Assembly (NCBI GenBank): GCA_963783575.1
Contig: CAWAOD010000009.1
Coordinates: 448,001 to 512,000, forward strand
DNA length: 64,000 bases
Source of the DNA: an uncultured Spirochaetota bacterium
GTDB taxonomy: Bacteria > Spirochaetota > Brevinematia > Brevinematales > JAOACQ01
Reading direction: 5' to 3'
Position 1 is the first letter of the stretch. Each line of letters begins with the position of its first letter. Positions 21,467 through 30,648 of the stretch are shown in pieces. Below the pieces are notes generated by a model. The model made no database searches and was not told the DNA's origin. It saw only the letters and a list, made by a program, of their open reading frames with translations. The position numbers and the translations under genes are program-made.

Positions 21467-21866
21467 TTTTGTCATACTCCCCGTATTTAATACTGTAATA
21501 GAATTGCACTGCAAGGTTGACAAGAAGGAGAAATATGACGGGGTAAATTAATATCATACCGGTTTTCTCAAGTTCGCGGTTACCGGTATTCCTGGCAATT
21601 ACCAGCAGAATAAGAAAAATGGCGATTGAAGATATGAAAAATATATTGAGTGTTGCAGAATCGACTTTCTCATTTATGAATTTGCTCCTTTCATCTTCGA
21701 TCACATTTTTAAATTTATTTTCCAGGATAAAAAGGCAGATTAATCCCGTAAAAGCTGGTATTAAAGCCAGGTAATAGTTTTTAATCAACAGAGATAAAAT
21801 CATCCCGCCAAGCACAATTATGAATATAATTATCAAAAAAATATTGAATATGAATTTTTTCTTCAT
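21456..21866 (-). CDS. DUF2178-like membrane protein
   Basis: Four TM segments with central EDER...I..K motif; typical partner of the XRE gene; likely start ATG 21866. Confidence 0.65.
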   Translation of the reverse strand: MKKKFIFNIFLIIIFIIVLGGMILSLLIKNYYLALIPAFTGLICLFILENKFKNVIEDERSKFINEKVDSATLNIFFISSIAIFLILLVIARNTGNRELEKTGMILIYPVIFLLLVNLAVQFYYSIKYGEYDKNDK

Positions 21867-21871
21867 AAACA

Positions 21872-21920
21872 AAGTAACTCCAATTTTACATATTGTAACA
21901 TATATCATACATTATGTCAA
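21872..21920 (-). promoter_or_regulatory. sigma70 promoter with two TGTA-N9-TTAC boxes (probable XRE operators)
   Basis: TTGACA-N17-TACAAT (21920..21892); TGTAtgatatatgTTACA and TGTAaaattggagTTACT. Confidence 0.55.
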
Positions 21921-22024
21921 GTATGCGATACAATTTTATTTTTCTAATAAAAAATGATGTTTTTGAAAAATATTCCGATAGACTAATGAAAGAGGAGCTT
22001 TGTTCCTACAGGCAGGAGTTTTTC

Positions 22025-22837
22025 ATGAAAAAATGGTTTGTAATATTATTTATAATGTTTTCAGGCATTGTTTTCGGAGACGATTTTGTAATCGACGAGC
22101 CTTCATCACCCGGACAATCACAAAATCAGCAGTCACAGTCATCATTGAATAGTGTGCCTGTCAATCCGGCCAGTTATTCTCAATCGGCCATCGGATCGGT
22201 TCCCACACCAGATACAATCGGGAAAAATAAATTTTCATCCGAAATTGCTATGTACGATAATGGGGGAATCAATACCAGGCTGATTGTAGGAATCCTTGAT
22301 ATTCTTGATATCGGAATATCGGAAAACTTTGACGGTATGATCGGATATGATAAAATTAATGTAAATATTCCAAGCGCATATATAAAATTTACACTTCTTA
22401 AAAATTACCATAATTTCGATTTGGCAGCCGGTTTCGACAGCTTCGCATACGGTAAGGACGGCACATATTTTTCAACAAACGGAACATCATCGACTATTTA
22501 TGGTTTTTATACTTCGGCCGGTTGGCATTACAGCCTGCTTGGCGGAAACGATACATTTACCTTCGGACTGAGGTTCCCTCTTCTTCCCTCCGATTTCAGA
22601 GATTTCGCTAACACATCGATTTTTGCAGGAGCTTCCGCCTGGGTTTCCAGCTACTTTACCCTGGGACTAACCCTTGAAAATTGGTATGTCGGTAAAAATT
22701 CCAATCTGATATTTCCATCGCTTATAATCTCTTTTACCCCGGTACAGCAATTTAAAGTGTCTATAATAGGGCAGTATGAGATTTATTCCTCAACATTAAA
22801 CAGGATTATTACAATGGGTTATATGACTTCATTCTAG
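22025..22837 (+). CDS. Hypothetical exported protein, probable beta-barrel
   Basis: Start ATG 22025 with AGGAG RBS; signal peptide; alternating aromatic strands; terminal Phe. Confidence 0.6.
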   Translation: MKKWFVILFIMFSGIVFGDDFVIDEPSSPGQSQNQQSQSSLNSVPVNPASYSQSAIGSVPTPDTIGKNKFSSEIAMYDNGGINTRLIVGILDILDIGISENFDGMIGYDKINVNIPSAYIKFTLLKNYHNFDLAAGFDSFAYGKDGTYFSTNGTSSTIYGFYTSAGWHYSLLGGNDTFTFGLRFPLLPSDFRDFANTSIFAGASAWVSSYFTLGLTLENWYVGKNSNLIFPSLIISFTPVQQFKVSIIGQYEIYSSTLNRIITMGYMTSF

Positions 22838-22857
22838 ATCAAGCAACCTGCTTGTTA
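22837..22857 (-). repeat. Short palindromic repeat copy 2 (TAACAAGCAGGTTGCTTGATC)
   Basis: Fills the whole gap between two convergent stop codons; CAAGCA/TGCTTG stem. Confidence 0.65.
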
Positions 22858-24096
22858 ACTGAGGTAATTTGCGTTTATTTTCACATAATCGCATGTGAGA
22901 TCTGAAGTCCACATAAAATAATCTTTTCGTCCGATCCCAAGATTTATAATGATTTCGATTTCCGGAGATAGCATCTCGCTGCCAGCCTTGCTTTCATTGG
23001 CATGGTTTACATCGCCGTTTTCAAAAATAACCAGCCCGTTGATTTGGAGTTTGATTTTAGATAATTCAAATTTGGCGCCGGAATAACCGAGAGCAGCAAG
23101 AATCCTGCCCCAATTCGGGCTTTGACCGAAAACCGCGGTTTTGACAAGATATGAATCCGCAACAGCCCTTGCAATTTTTTCCGCATCATTCGCGGTAAGA
23201 GCTTCTTTTATTTCAATGTGGATCAGTTTACTTGCTCCCTCGCCATCTTTGACAATCATCTTGGCAATGTTCTGGCAGACCTTGACAAGGACCTGCTTAA
23301 AAATCATGTACAACTCATTTTCCGAATCAATCTTGACATTCTCCGCCAGGCCGTTCGACATTAGAAATACACTGTCGTTCGTGCTGGTGTCGTTATCCAC
23401 ACTTATCCGATTGAATGAAAGTCCAACAGCCTCGTCCAGTGCCAGAATAAGCATTTTACTTGATATGGAAACATCCGTGGTTATAAATACAAGCATTGTA
23501 GCATGCAAGCCGCCCGGAGATATTGTTTCCATATCCGGTTTTATCATACCTGCGCCTTTAGCAGTGGCGCCAATCCTTACCTTTTTCCCGTTAAGCTCAA
23601 ACTCGTACGCAACATTTTTCATTTTTTTATCGGTAGTCATAATGGCATTAGAAAAATTTCTGTAATCATTTTCAGTATGGATAAGTTTACATGCTTTTTC
23701 AATTCCATACAATACCCTGTCCATAATGAGTTTTTTTCCTATAACTCCCGTTGATGCCACCATAACAGAGCCCTCGGAAAGAGAGAGGTTTTTTTCTACC
23801 ATCCCGGCCATTTCATCAGTATTTTCATCGCCGGTTTTACCGGTAAGGCAATTGGCGTTGCCGCTGTTTACCACAATCGCGGATATATTATTTCCGCACC
23901 TCGAAATATCAAAAGAAACCGGAGCAGCTTTGACTTTATTTTTTGTAAACGCACACGCTATTTCACATGGTGTTTCGGAAAGAATCAAACCCAGGTCTTT
24001 ATAGCCGCCATCCTTAAGTCCGCAAGAAATCCCGGTTGCCCTGAAACCATGCGGTTCAGTAATTCCCCCTTCCAGAATCCTCAATTGCAGCTCCAT
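22855..24096 (-). CDS. argJ: Glutamate N-acetyltransferase/amino-acid acetyltransferase ArgJ
   Basis: NSGNAN, STGVIG, IMTTD, KGAGMI.P, ATML, DTSTND, DGEGA, PNWGR. Confidence 0.95.
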   Translation of the reverse strand: MELQLRILEGGITEPHGFRATGISCGLKDGGYKDLGLILSETPCEIACAFTKNKVKAAPVSFDISRCGNNISAIVVNSGNANCLTGKTGDENTDEMAGMVEKNLSLSEGSVMVASTGVIGKKLIMDRVLYGIEKACKLIHTENDYRNFSNAIMTTDKKMKNVAYEFELNGKKVRIGATAKGAGMIKPDMETISPGGLHATMLVFITTDVSISSKMLILALDEAVGLSFNRISVDNDTSTNDSVFLMSNGLAENVKIDSENELYMIFKQVLVKVCQNIAKMIVKDGEGASKLIHIEIKEALTANDAEKIARAVADSYLVKTAVFGQSPNWGRILAALGYSGAKFELSKIKLQINGLVIFENGDVNHANESKAGSEMLSPEIEIIINLGIGRKDYFMWTSDLTCDYVKINANYLS

Positions 24097-24108
24097 AAAT
24101 ATCTCCTT

Positions 24109-25131
24109 TTAAATCAAGCCCTCTGTTTCCTCAATACCGGACATCACATTAAAATTCTGTACTGCGGAGCCGGCTGCGCCTTTAACCAGGTTATCAATAA
24201 CAGAAACTATTATCAAGTTCCGCGAATCGCTATCGTAAGCGGCTCCAATGTAATTATAATTAGTATGCGCTACCCATTTCATCTGGGGAAGGGTGTTTTT
24301 AAAAACTTTAATAAATTGTTCATTTTGATAAAATTTGATTAGGGTTTCTAAAACATTTTCTATTATATTTTTATCTGAATGTATATAAATTGTACTTAAA
24401 ATTCCCCGGTCAATGGGCATAATATGCGGTGTAAAAGCGGCAGCAACATTATTCCCCCAGGCAAAGTTCAACTCCTGTAATATTTCCGGCTTATGCCTGT
24501 GGGTGCCTATTCCGTATGCATAAAAATTTTCATTCAACTCGGAAAAAACCGATGGAATATCAGCTTTCCTTCCCCTTCCTGTAAATCCCGATTTTGAATC
24601 TATAATTATATTTTCCGGCTTTATTATTTTTTTCTTCAATAAAGGAATAAGAGGAATCAAAGCGCTTGTCGGATAGCATCCCGGATTGGCTATCAGACGG
24701 GCGTTTCTTATAGATTCCCTGTATATTTCCGTCAGGCCGTATACCGCTTCCGGAATAAGCTCAGGAGAAGGATGCGTAAATTTATAAGTCTTTTCAAAAG
24801 TTTTAATGTCCTTGATCCTGAAAGCTGCACTAAGATCTATTACTTTAACGCCGTTCTTTAAATACTTTGGTGCCGAAATTGCAGATGCTTCATGAGGAAG
24901 AGCCAGGAAAACCGCGTCAATATTGTTATAGATTGAATCATCTTTCATAGATAAATAAGCATAATCATGATAATCAATTAACGATGGTTCGAAATCCCTG
25001 ACTTTTACATTTTCATGAGACTCCGATGTGATATAAGAAACTTCCACATCAGGGTGTTTTTTAAGTATATTAAGAAGTTCCAGACCGGCGTACCCGCTCG
25101 CTCCGCAGACACCCACCTTCAATTTTTTCAT
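24109..25131 (-). CDS. argC: N-acetyl-gamma-glutamyl-phosphate reductase
   Basis: [33 protein letters not shown]. Confidence 0.95.
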   Translation of the reverse strand: MKKLKVGVCGASGYAGLELLNILKKHPDVEVSYITSESHENVKVRDFEPSLIDYHDYAYLSMKDDSIYNNIDAVFLALPHEASAISAPKYLKNGVKVIDLSAAFRIKDIKTFEKTYKFTHPSPELIPEAVYGLTEIYRESIRNARLIANPGCYPTSALIPLIPLLKKKIIKPENIIIDSKSGFTGRGRKADIPSVFSELNENFYAYGIGTHRHKPEILQELNFAWGNNVAAAFTPHIMPIDRGILSTIYIHSDKNIIENVLETLIKFYQNEQFIKVFKNTLPQMKWVAHTNYNYIGAAYDSDSRNLIIVSVIDNLVKGAAGSAVQNFNVMSGIEETEGLI

Positions 25132-26213
25132 TCAACAGCCCCAATTCCTTCTCCAATTTTCCCGGCTATGCCTCCAGATGCCGTTGAGCCTCCGAATGTC
25201 GCCGGAATAGCTCCTTCTGCAAGTTTTTTCCGGACCTGCTCGTCAATCTTTTTTAAAAACGGCTGTTTGTCTTCTACTTCTTTGATTAGGTTATCTCTTC
25301 CCTGGGAAATCCTGTCCTCACCGTAAAAATACCATGTGCCTTTCCTCTGGATCACACCGCATTCTATGGCCGCATCAATCAGGCATCCGACCTTCGAAAT
25401 GCCTTTCCCGAAAATAATATCAAATTCCGCCTGTTTGAAAGGAGCGGCCATTTTATTTTTAACAACTTTTGCCCTGACCCTGTTTCCATAATTATCCTCG
25501 CCTTTTTTAAGGGCTTCAACCTTTCTGATTTCTATTCTTATGGAAGAATAAAATTTTAATGCCATACCGCCTGTTGTAGTTTCGGGATTTCCATACACCA
25601 CGCCGATCTTCATCCTTATCTGGTTAATAAAAATCACAGATGTTTTGGTTTTGCTGATAATAGCAGTGAGCTTTCTTAAAGCCTGAGACATCAGCCTTGC
25701 CTGCATGCCCATAACGGAATCACCCATATTTCCATCAATCTCCGATTTTGGGACAAGAGCTGCAACCGAATCAATAACAATCAAATCCACGGCACCGCTT
25801 CTTACAAGGCTCTCAACAATCTCAAGGGCCTGTTCGCCTGTGTCCGGCTGAGAAATAAGAAGATTCTTGACATCAATCCCAATATTTTCTGCATAAACCG
25901 GATCTAGGGCATGCTCAGCATCGATAAAAGCACAAACCCCGCCTTTTTTTTGGGCCTCGGCGATGATACTCAAAGTAAGGGTTGTTTTACCGGAAGACTC
26001 TGGTCCATAAATCTCAGTTACACGGCCGTAAGGTATGCCTCCGATTCCAAGAGCCAGATCAAGGGTTAATGCCCCTGTCGATATTACCGGAATATCACTA
26101 ACTGCAGGCTTATCCCCGAGTTTCATAATCGATCCCTTGCCATATTCCTTTTCAATTTGCGCAATCGCGACCTGTAAAGCCTTTTCCTTTTCCTTATCCG
26201 CTAAATCTGCCAT
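25128..26213 (-). CDS. recA: Recombinase RecA
   Basis: [41 protein letters not shown]; likely start ATG 26213. Confidence 0.97.
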   Translation of the reverse strand: MADLADKEKEKALQVAIAQIEKEYGKGSIMKLGDKPAVSDIPVISTGALTLDLALGIGGIPYGRVTEIYGPESSGKTTLTLSIIAEAQKKGGVCAFIDAEHALDPVYAENIGIDVKNLLISQPDTGEQALEIVESLVRSGAVDLIVIDSVAALVPKSEIDGNMGDSVMGMQARLMSQALRKLTAIISKTKTSVIFINQIRMKIGVVYGNPETTTGGMALKFYSSIRIEIRKVEALKKGEDNYGNRVRAKVVKNKMAAPFKQAEFDIIFGKGISKVGCLIDAAIECGVIQRKGTWYFYGEDRISQGRDNLIKEVEDKQPFLKKIDEQVRKKLAEGAIPATFGGSTASGGIAGKIGEGIGAVE

Positions 26214-26552
26214 AATCCCCGCCTTATTTTTAATTTTGTAATACATTGATAATAAACGAAATCAGTTTTATATATAAAAAAATAAGCTTGAAGTTTTGTC
26301 TGTCCTTAATCCAAACTTCTAAATTGAATAATCATGAAATCATCAATGATTTTTATGATTACTCAACAAATATTATATAATATTTTACTATAAAGTGGAA
26401 TAAAAAATAATGATTATGTTTTTATTTTTTAAATATTCCTTAACTGATTATTATATTATAATATTTATAAAAAACGGTAGTTTATGATCTTTATAGTGAT
26501 GAATAATTTTTGACAGGAACCGGTGCCGAATTAGTTCCGTTGAATAATTCAG

Positions 26553-26700
26553 AAAACCGGCGTCTTTTAACAAGCGTGCCGCTTGATCCAGGTCAATTCC
26601 TTGCAACTCGCTGCGGTTCCAGTAGAAAATGCTTTCAGTTTTTCTGACTTTAATACCTCGAGGCTCTGCCTCGAGGATTCTTTATCTGACGCCGGTTTTT
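26553..26700 (-). terminator. Intrinsic terminator stem of 27323..26712, with its loop interrupted by a 111-bp insert
   Basis: AAAACCGGCGTC (26553-26564) / GACGCCGGTTTT (26688-26699), 12 nt after the stop codon. Confidence 0.55.
26570..26680. mobile_element. Putative non-autonomous hairpin-rich element; contains repeat copy 3
   Basis: Flanked by TTTA at 26566-26569 and 26681-26684; hairpins CAAGCG-TGC-CGCTTG and CCTCGAGGC-TCT-GCCTCGAGG; GGTCAATTCCT shared with the 44.8 kb repeat. Confidence 0.5.
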
Positions 26701-26711
26701 GGGGGAATATA

Positions 26712-27323
26712 TTAGAATTTTCCGAATTCAAATCTTACTCCAAAGTCAAAGCCGTAAAGATTGGAATCCGTGATACCGTTAAAACTTACCGGTCCGTAAA
26801 TGTAATGATAACCGCTGAAAATTGCCACTCTCATCCATTTTATAATGTTGATTTCTGCTCCAATTTCACCCTCAAGCGAGAAAAATGACATCATATTAAT
26901 ATTATGATTATCATGACTATAATAACTTCCGTTTGTAACTTCACTGGCGCCTCCTGCCCCGATGATCGTTTTAATATAGGGGTGAATAACATTTTCGGGA
27001 GCATATATATAACCCAGTAATAGACCTCCCCATCCCATATAAATACGGCTGTTATTAGTGGAGTTTAATGGAGTTACAACTCCTTTCCCTTCACCGCCGA
27101 TAATAAACTGATGGTTAATAATCATTCCTCCTTCACCTCCGGAAATATAACAAACCTGGTTGTTCATATAAATACCCTGAAAAATGGGTCCTCCGTATCC
27201 GCCCAGAGATAAATCTTTATTGTCAAATAAGGTATTCGGTTCATACCTGCTGTTAAGATTATCTTCTGCGAAAATAAGAACCGCAAACATAACTAAAATT
27301 ATAATTATGTATAGTCGTTTCAT
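26712..27323 (-). CDS. Hypothetical outer-membrane beta-barrel protein
   Basis: GGAGG RBS, signal peptide, Gly/aromatic-rich strands, ends FEFGKF. Confidence 0.7.
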   Translation of the reverse strand: MKRLYIIIILVMFAVLIFAEDNLNSRYEPNTLFDNKDLSLGGYGGPIFQGIYMNNQVCYISGGEGGMIINHQFIIGGEGKGVVTPLNSTNNSRIYMGWGGLLLGYIYAPENVIHPYIKTIIGAGGASEVTNGSYYSHDNHNINMMSFFSLEGEIGAEINIIKWMRVAIFSGYHYIYGPVSFNGITDSNLYGFDFGVRFEFGKF

Positions 27324-27361
27324 TTTCTTCCTCCAAAAATAAATTCTTTCTTATTAAATAT

Positions 27362-27378
27362 CGCAATTCTTATGCCAC
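27362..27378 (-). promoter_or_regulatory. sigma54 (-24/-12) promoter
   Basis: TGGCATAAGAATTGC on the minus strand: GG-N10-GC, about 40 nt upstream of ATG 27323. Confidence 0.7.
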
Positions 27379-27674
27379 AATTAAGATCAATAATACCTTT
27401 GTTCAAAATAATTGCAGGATATTAAATGAATAAGGTAAAATAAAAATTTATAAATAATAATTATCCTTTATATTCTAATAGTCCAATTATCATTATAAAT
27501 CCGGTTTGATATATCATTTTTGAAAATATGAAAAAATTCATTTATTTTGGAGAAGTAACTTTTTTTGACAAAAATCCATCATATTAATAAACTTAACAAT
27601 GTTTGAAATAAAAAATTTCCAGCCTTTAATATTTCTAAATAATAATCGCAATATTTTAATTTCCGGGGGTAATT

Positions 27675-28665
27675 ATGGGAATGTTTGACGGAATGAAGAA
27701 ACAGCTCAAATCTGTAATTCAGTGGGAAAACCCGAATCCTGATGCTCTTTTTTACCGCTGGTCCGATAACGGTGATGAAATTAAAAATGCTTCAAAGTTA
27801 ATAGTTGGGCCGGGTCAGGGTTGTATTTTTGTTTATGAAGGCAGGGTAGAAGGTGTATACGTAAAACCTGGATTAGTTGAATTAAAAACCTCGAATATTC
27901 CGTTTATAACAACAATTATCAAATTCATGCAGGATTTTGTCAGCGAGCATAAAGTCGGCATCTATTTTTTCAGGACAACCCAGATTCTGGATCAGAAATG
28001 GGGCACACCCGCTACTATTAAATACGAAGACCCGAAATATAAATTCCCTGTAAGTCTTAGGGCTTTTGGCAATTATACTTTACGGATATCTGACGGTGGA
28101 TTTTTCTTTGTTAATGTAACCGGCGCTTCCGAAGAATACAAAATTAGTCAGATCCGCGAACCGATAAATTCAAGGCTGGTCCAGCCGTTAACAGAATACC
28201 TTGCATCTTCAAAATTTTCATATGCCGATATCGATTCAAACAGGGAAATAATCGCCCATGACCTTTCCGCAAAATTTACTGATGAATTTAATAAACTGGG
28301 ATTTGAATTATCGGATTTCAGGATTGAGGGGACAAGCTTCGATGAAGATACTATGCGCAGGATTAACCGTATTGCTGACATGTCGGCTGAAGCGCAGGCT
28401 GCGGATAAAGCCGGTGTAAGTTTTGCCCAGCTTCAACAGCTCGAAGCGATGCGAGACGCAGCTAAAAATGAAGGTACAGCCGGATTCGGCATGGCAATGG
28501 GCGTCGGGATGGGCTTTGGCCAGTTAGCCGGCAATATAGCAATACAGCAGCCGGCAGAGGATCCGGCGGTAAAGCTTAAAAAACTTAAAGGCCTGCTTGA
28601 CCAGGGGGCTCATCAACAATCAGGAATATGAAGCAAAGAAAAAGGAAATATTATCTCAAATATAA
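27675..28665 (+). CDS. SPFH (Band 7-like, YdjI-type) protein with C-terminal SHOCT domain; frameshift near the 3' end
   Basis: S.LIV.PGQ...FV..G, N.P, KWGT, RAFG.Y; removing one G from G5 (28604-28608) gives LLDQGLINNQEYEAKKKEILSQI* (SHOCT), stop at 28665. Confidence 0.8.
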
Positions 28666-28671
28666 ATAATT

Positions 28672-30537
28672 ATGGGGGGTATCATGCACCGTAATCTTAG
28701 AAAATTTATTGCAATACTTTCTTTTATTTTTCTTATAGCAGTCTCTCCGCTTTTTCCCAGGGCCGGAGGATCAGGAGGCGGGCACGGCCATTTCAGCGGA
28801 GGACATAGTCATAGTGGGGGCGGACATTTCGGCAGTTTCGGATCGCATACCGGGTCATTTTCCGGAGGTAGAAACAGCGGACCATTAGAATTTAATGCAG
28901 TGTCTATTATTTTTATGTTATTTTTTTTCGGAATACCGCTTTTTGTTATTATTATGATATTAATCGTCGCATTTAAACCTAAAAAAACCGGATTTAAATC
29001 AATATCAGCAGTTATGCCCGAAAAACTTGAAGATGTTCCCGGATACAATGAATTTATCGAAAGCAATCCCGATTTTAATGCCGAAGAATTTCAAAAAAAG
29101 GTCAAATCGGCTTTTGTTGAAATTCAGGAAGCTTGGAGTAAAGGGAACATAGGCGCTTCCCGCAGATTTATGACGGATGGAGTCTATCAGCGGTTTTCCA
29201 GCCAGCTTCAAATGATGGGGCTTTTAAAACAGAAAGACATTATTACTGATATAGACGTTTCCAGTGTCAATATTATCTGCGCTGAAATTGACGGTCAATA
29301 TGATATAATTCATACAATGATAGAAGCTGAAATGGATGACCAGTTTGTGAGTGAAACAGACCACTCACTTGATTCTCCCGGAGATACCGATGATTTTACA
29401 GAAGTCTGGTCTTTTATAAGAAAGCGCGGTAAAGGCGGGAAGGATATTTTTTCAAGTAATAATTGTCCTCAATGTTCCGCACCGCTGCCCGAAAACCTAG
29501 GCGACGCCGGGCAATGCCCATACTGCAAAACTTTTATCAATAATGCCGAATATGACTGGGTCCTATCGGAAATATCCCAAACAGACGATTACCATCTAAG
29601 TGCAGGAAAGTCTGACAAATCAGAGGGTCTTTTTGATTCTGCTTACGAGATGCATAAAGATAATCCTGATTTCTGCATTCAATTACTTGAGGATAAAGTT
29701 TCCAACGGCTATCTGCAGATACAGACCGCAATGGCGTTTCATGACCCTCAGTGGTTCCGCAGGTTTGTTTCCGATGAATTATTTGAAAAGCTTAAAGTCC
29801 GTCTACCCTCGGAAAATATAGTATATAACCGCCTCTACCTTAATGATGTCTCGCTAATGGCAATCAGGCAAACTGAAAACACGAACATTATGTATGTCGG
29901 TGTAAAGTCAACTTTTCAGAGGGTGATTCTTGAAAACGGCATGGCTAGGCTGAAGGACCATGTTTTAATGACTGATTTTGAGGTTGTCCGGATTGAACGC
30001 GGCCGTTTGGCAGGAATTTCAAAGGGTTCTGTATATGCACACCTCTGTCCTGGCTGCGGAGCCCCAGTTTCCGATTCACTGGAGTTAAAATGCGCCTATT
30101 GCGGAACATTATTGAACAGCTCAGTTCATGAATGGATCATTACGGATATTCTGGCCAGGGAAGATTATGATTCCCATATCAAGGATGTTCAACCGCAAAT
30201 CGGCGCAAAAATTCCATCCGGCCTTGATGATTCCCTGTATGAAGTAAGGGATTACGCCTTCAATAATATGATGGTTATCTTCGGCGCAGACGGGATTTTT
30301 GCCGATGAAGAAAAAGCCATGGCCGAGGGGTTGGCAAAAAAATGGGGCTATAAAAAAGAATTTATTGCCAGGATTGTTGAAGCCGCAATGTCAGGAAGGC
30401 TGTCGATCAGGATGCCCTCTGATAAAATAAAGACAAGAAAGATTCTTGAATTGATGAATAAAGCCGCTATGGCTGATGGAAAAATCGACCCCGCTGAAAA
30501 GCAGATTCTTGATCAGATTACAAAGCAATATTTATAG
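28672..30537 (+). CDS. Membrane protein with two (Tim44-like + Zn-ribbon) modules and a C-terminal TerB-like domain
   Basis: Signal, Gly/His-rich linker, TM; F..IQ.AW, E.W.F.R, CPQCSAP..CPYC..WVLSEI; second CPGCGAP..CAYCG..WIITDI; ADG...E..., ADGKID..EK..L. Confidence 0.7.
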   Translation: MGGIMHRNLRKFIAILSFIFLIAVSPLFPRAGGSGGGHGHFSGGHSHSGGGHFGSFGSHTGSFSGGRNSGPLEFNAVSIIFMLFFFGIPLFVIIMILIVAFKPKKTGFKSISAVMPEKLEDVPGYNEFIESNPDFNAEEFQKKVKSAFVEIQEAWSKGNIGASRRFMTDGVYQRFSSQLQMMGLLKQKDIITDIDVSSVNIICAEIDGQYDIIHTMIEAEMDDQFVSETDHSLDSPGDTDDFTEVWSFIRKRGKGGKDIFSSNNCPQCSAPLPENLGDAGQCPYCKTFINNAEYDWVLSEISQTDDYHLSAGKSDKSEGLFDSAYEMHKDNPDFCIQLLEDKVSNGYLQIQTAMAFHDPQWFRRFVSDELFEKLKVRLPSENIVYNRLYLNDVSLMAIRQTENTNIMYVGVKSTFQRVILENGMARLKDHVLMTDFEVVRIERGRLAGISKGSVYAHLCPGCGAPVSDSLELKCAYCGTLLNSSVHEWIITDILAREDYDSHIKDVQPQIGAKIPSGLDDSLYEVRDYAFNNMMVIFGADGIFADEEKAMAEGLAKKWGYKKEFIARIVEAAMSGRLSIRMPSDKIKTRKILELMNKAAMADGKIDPAEKQILDQITKQYL

Positions 30538-30648
30538 GCCGATTCGGACGGCAAAAAAAATAGAATATAAAGCAGGCTTTATTGTTTACCTTAATATGAT
30601 CAGGATGTTAATGGATATTTTATATTATAAATATGAGTGGATTCTTGT

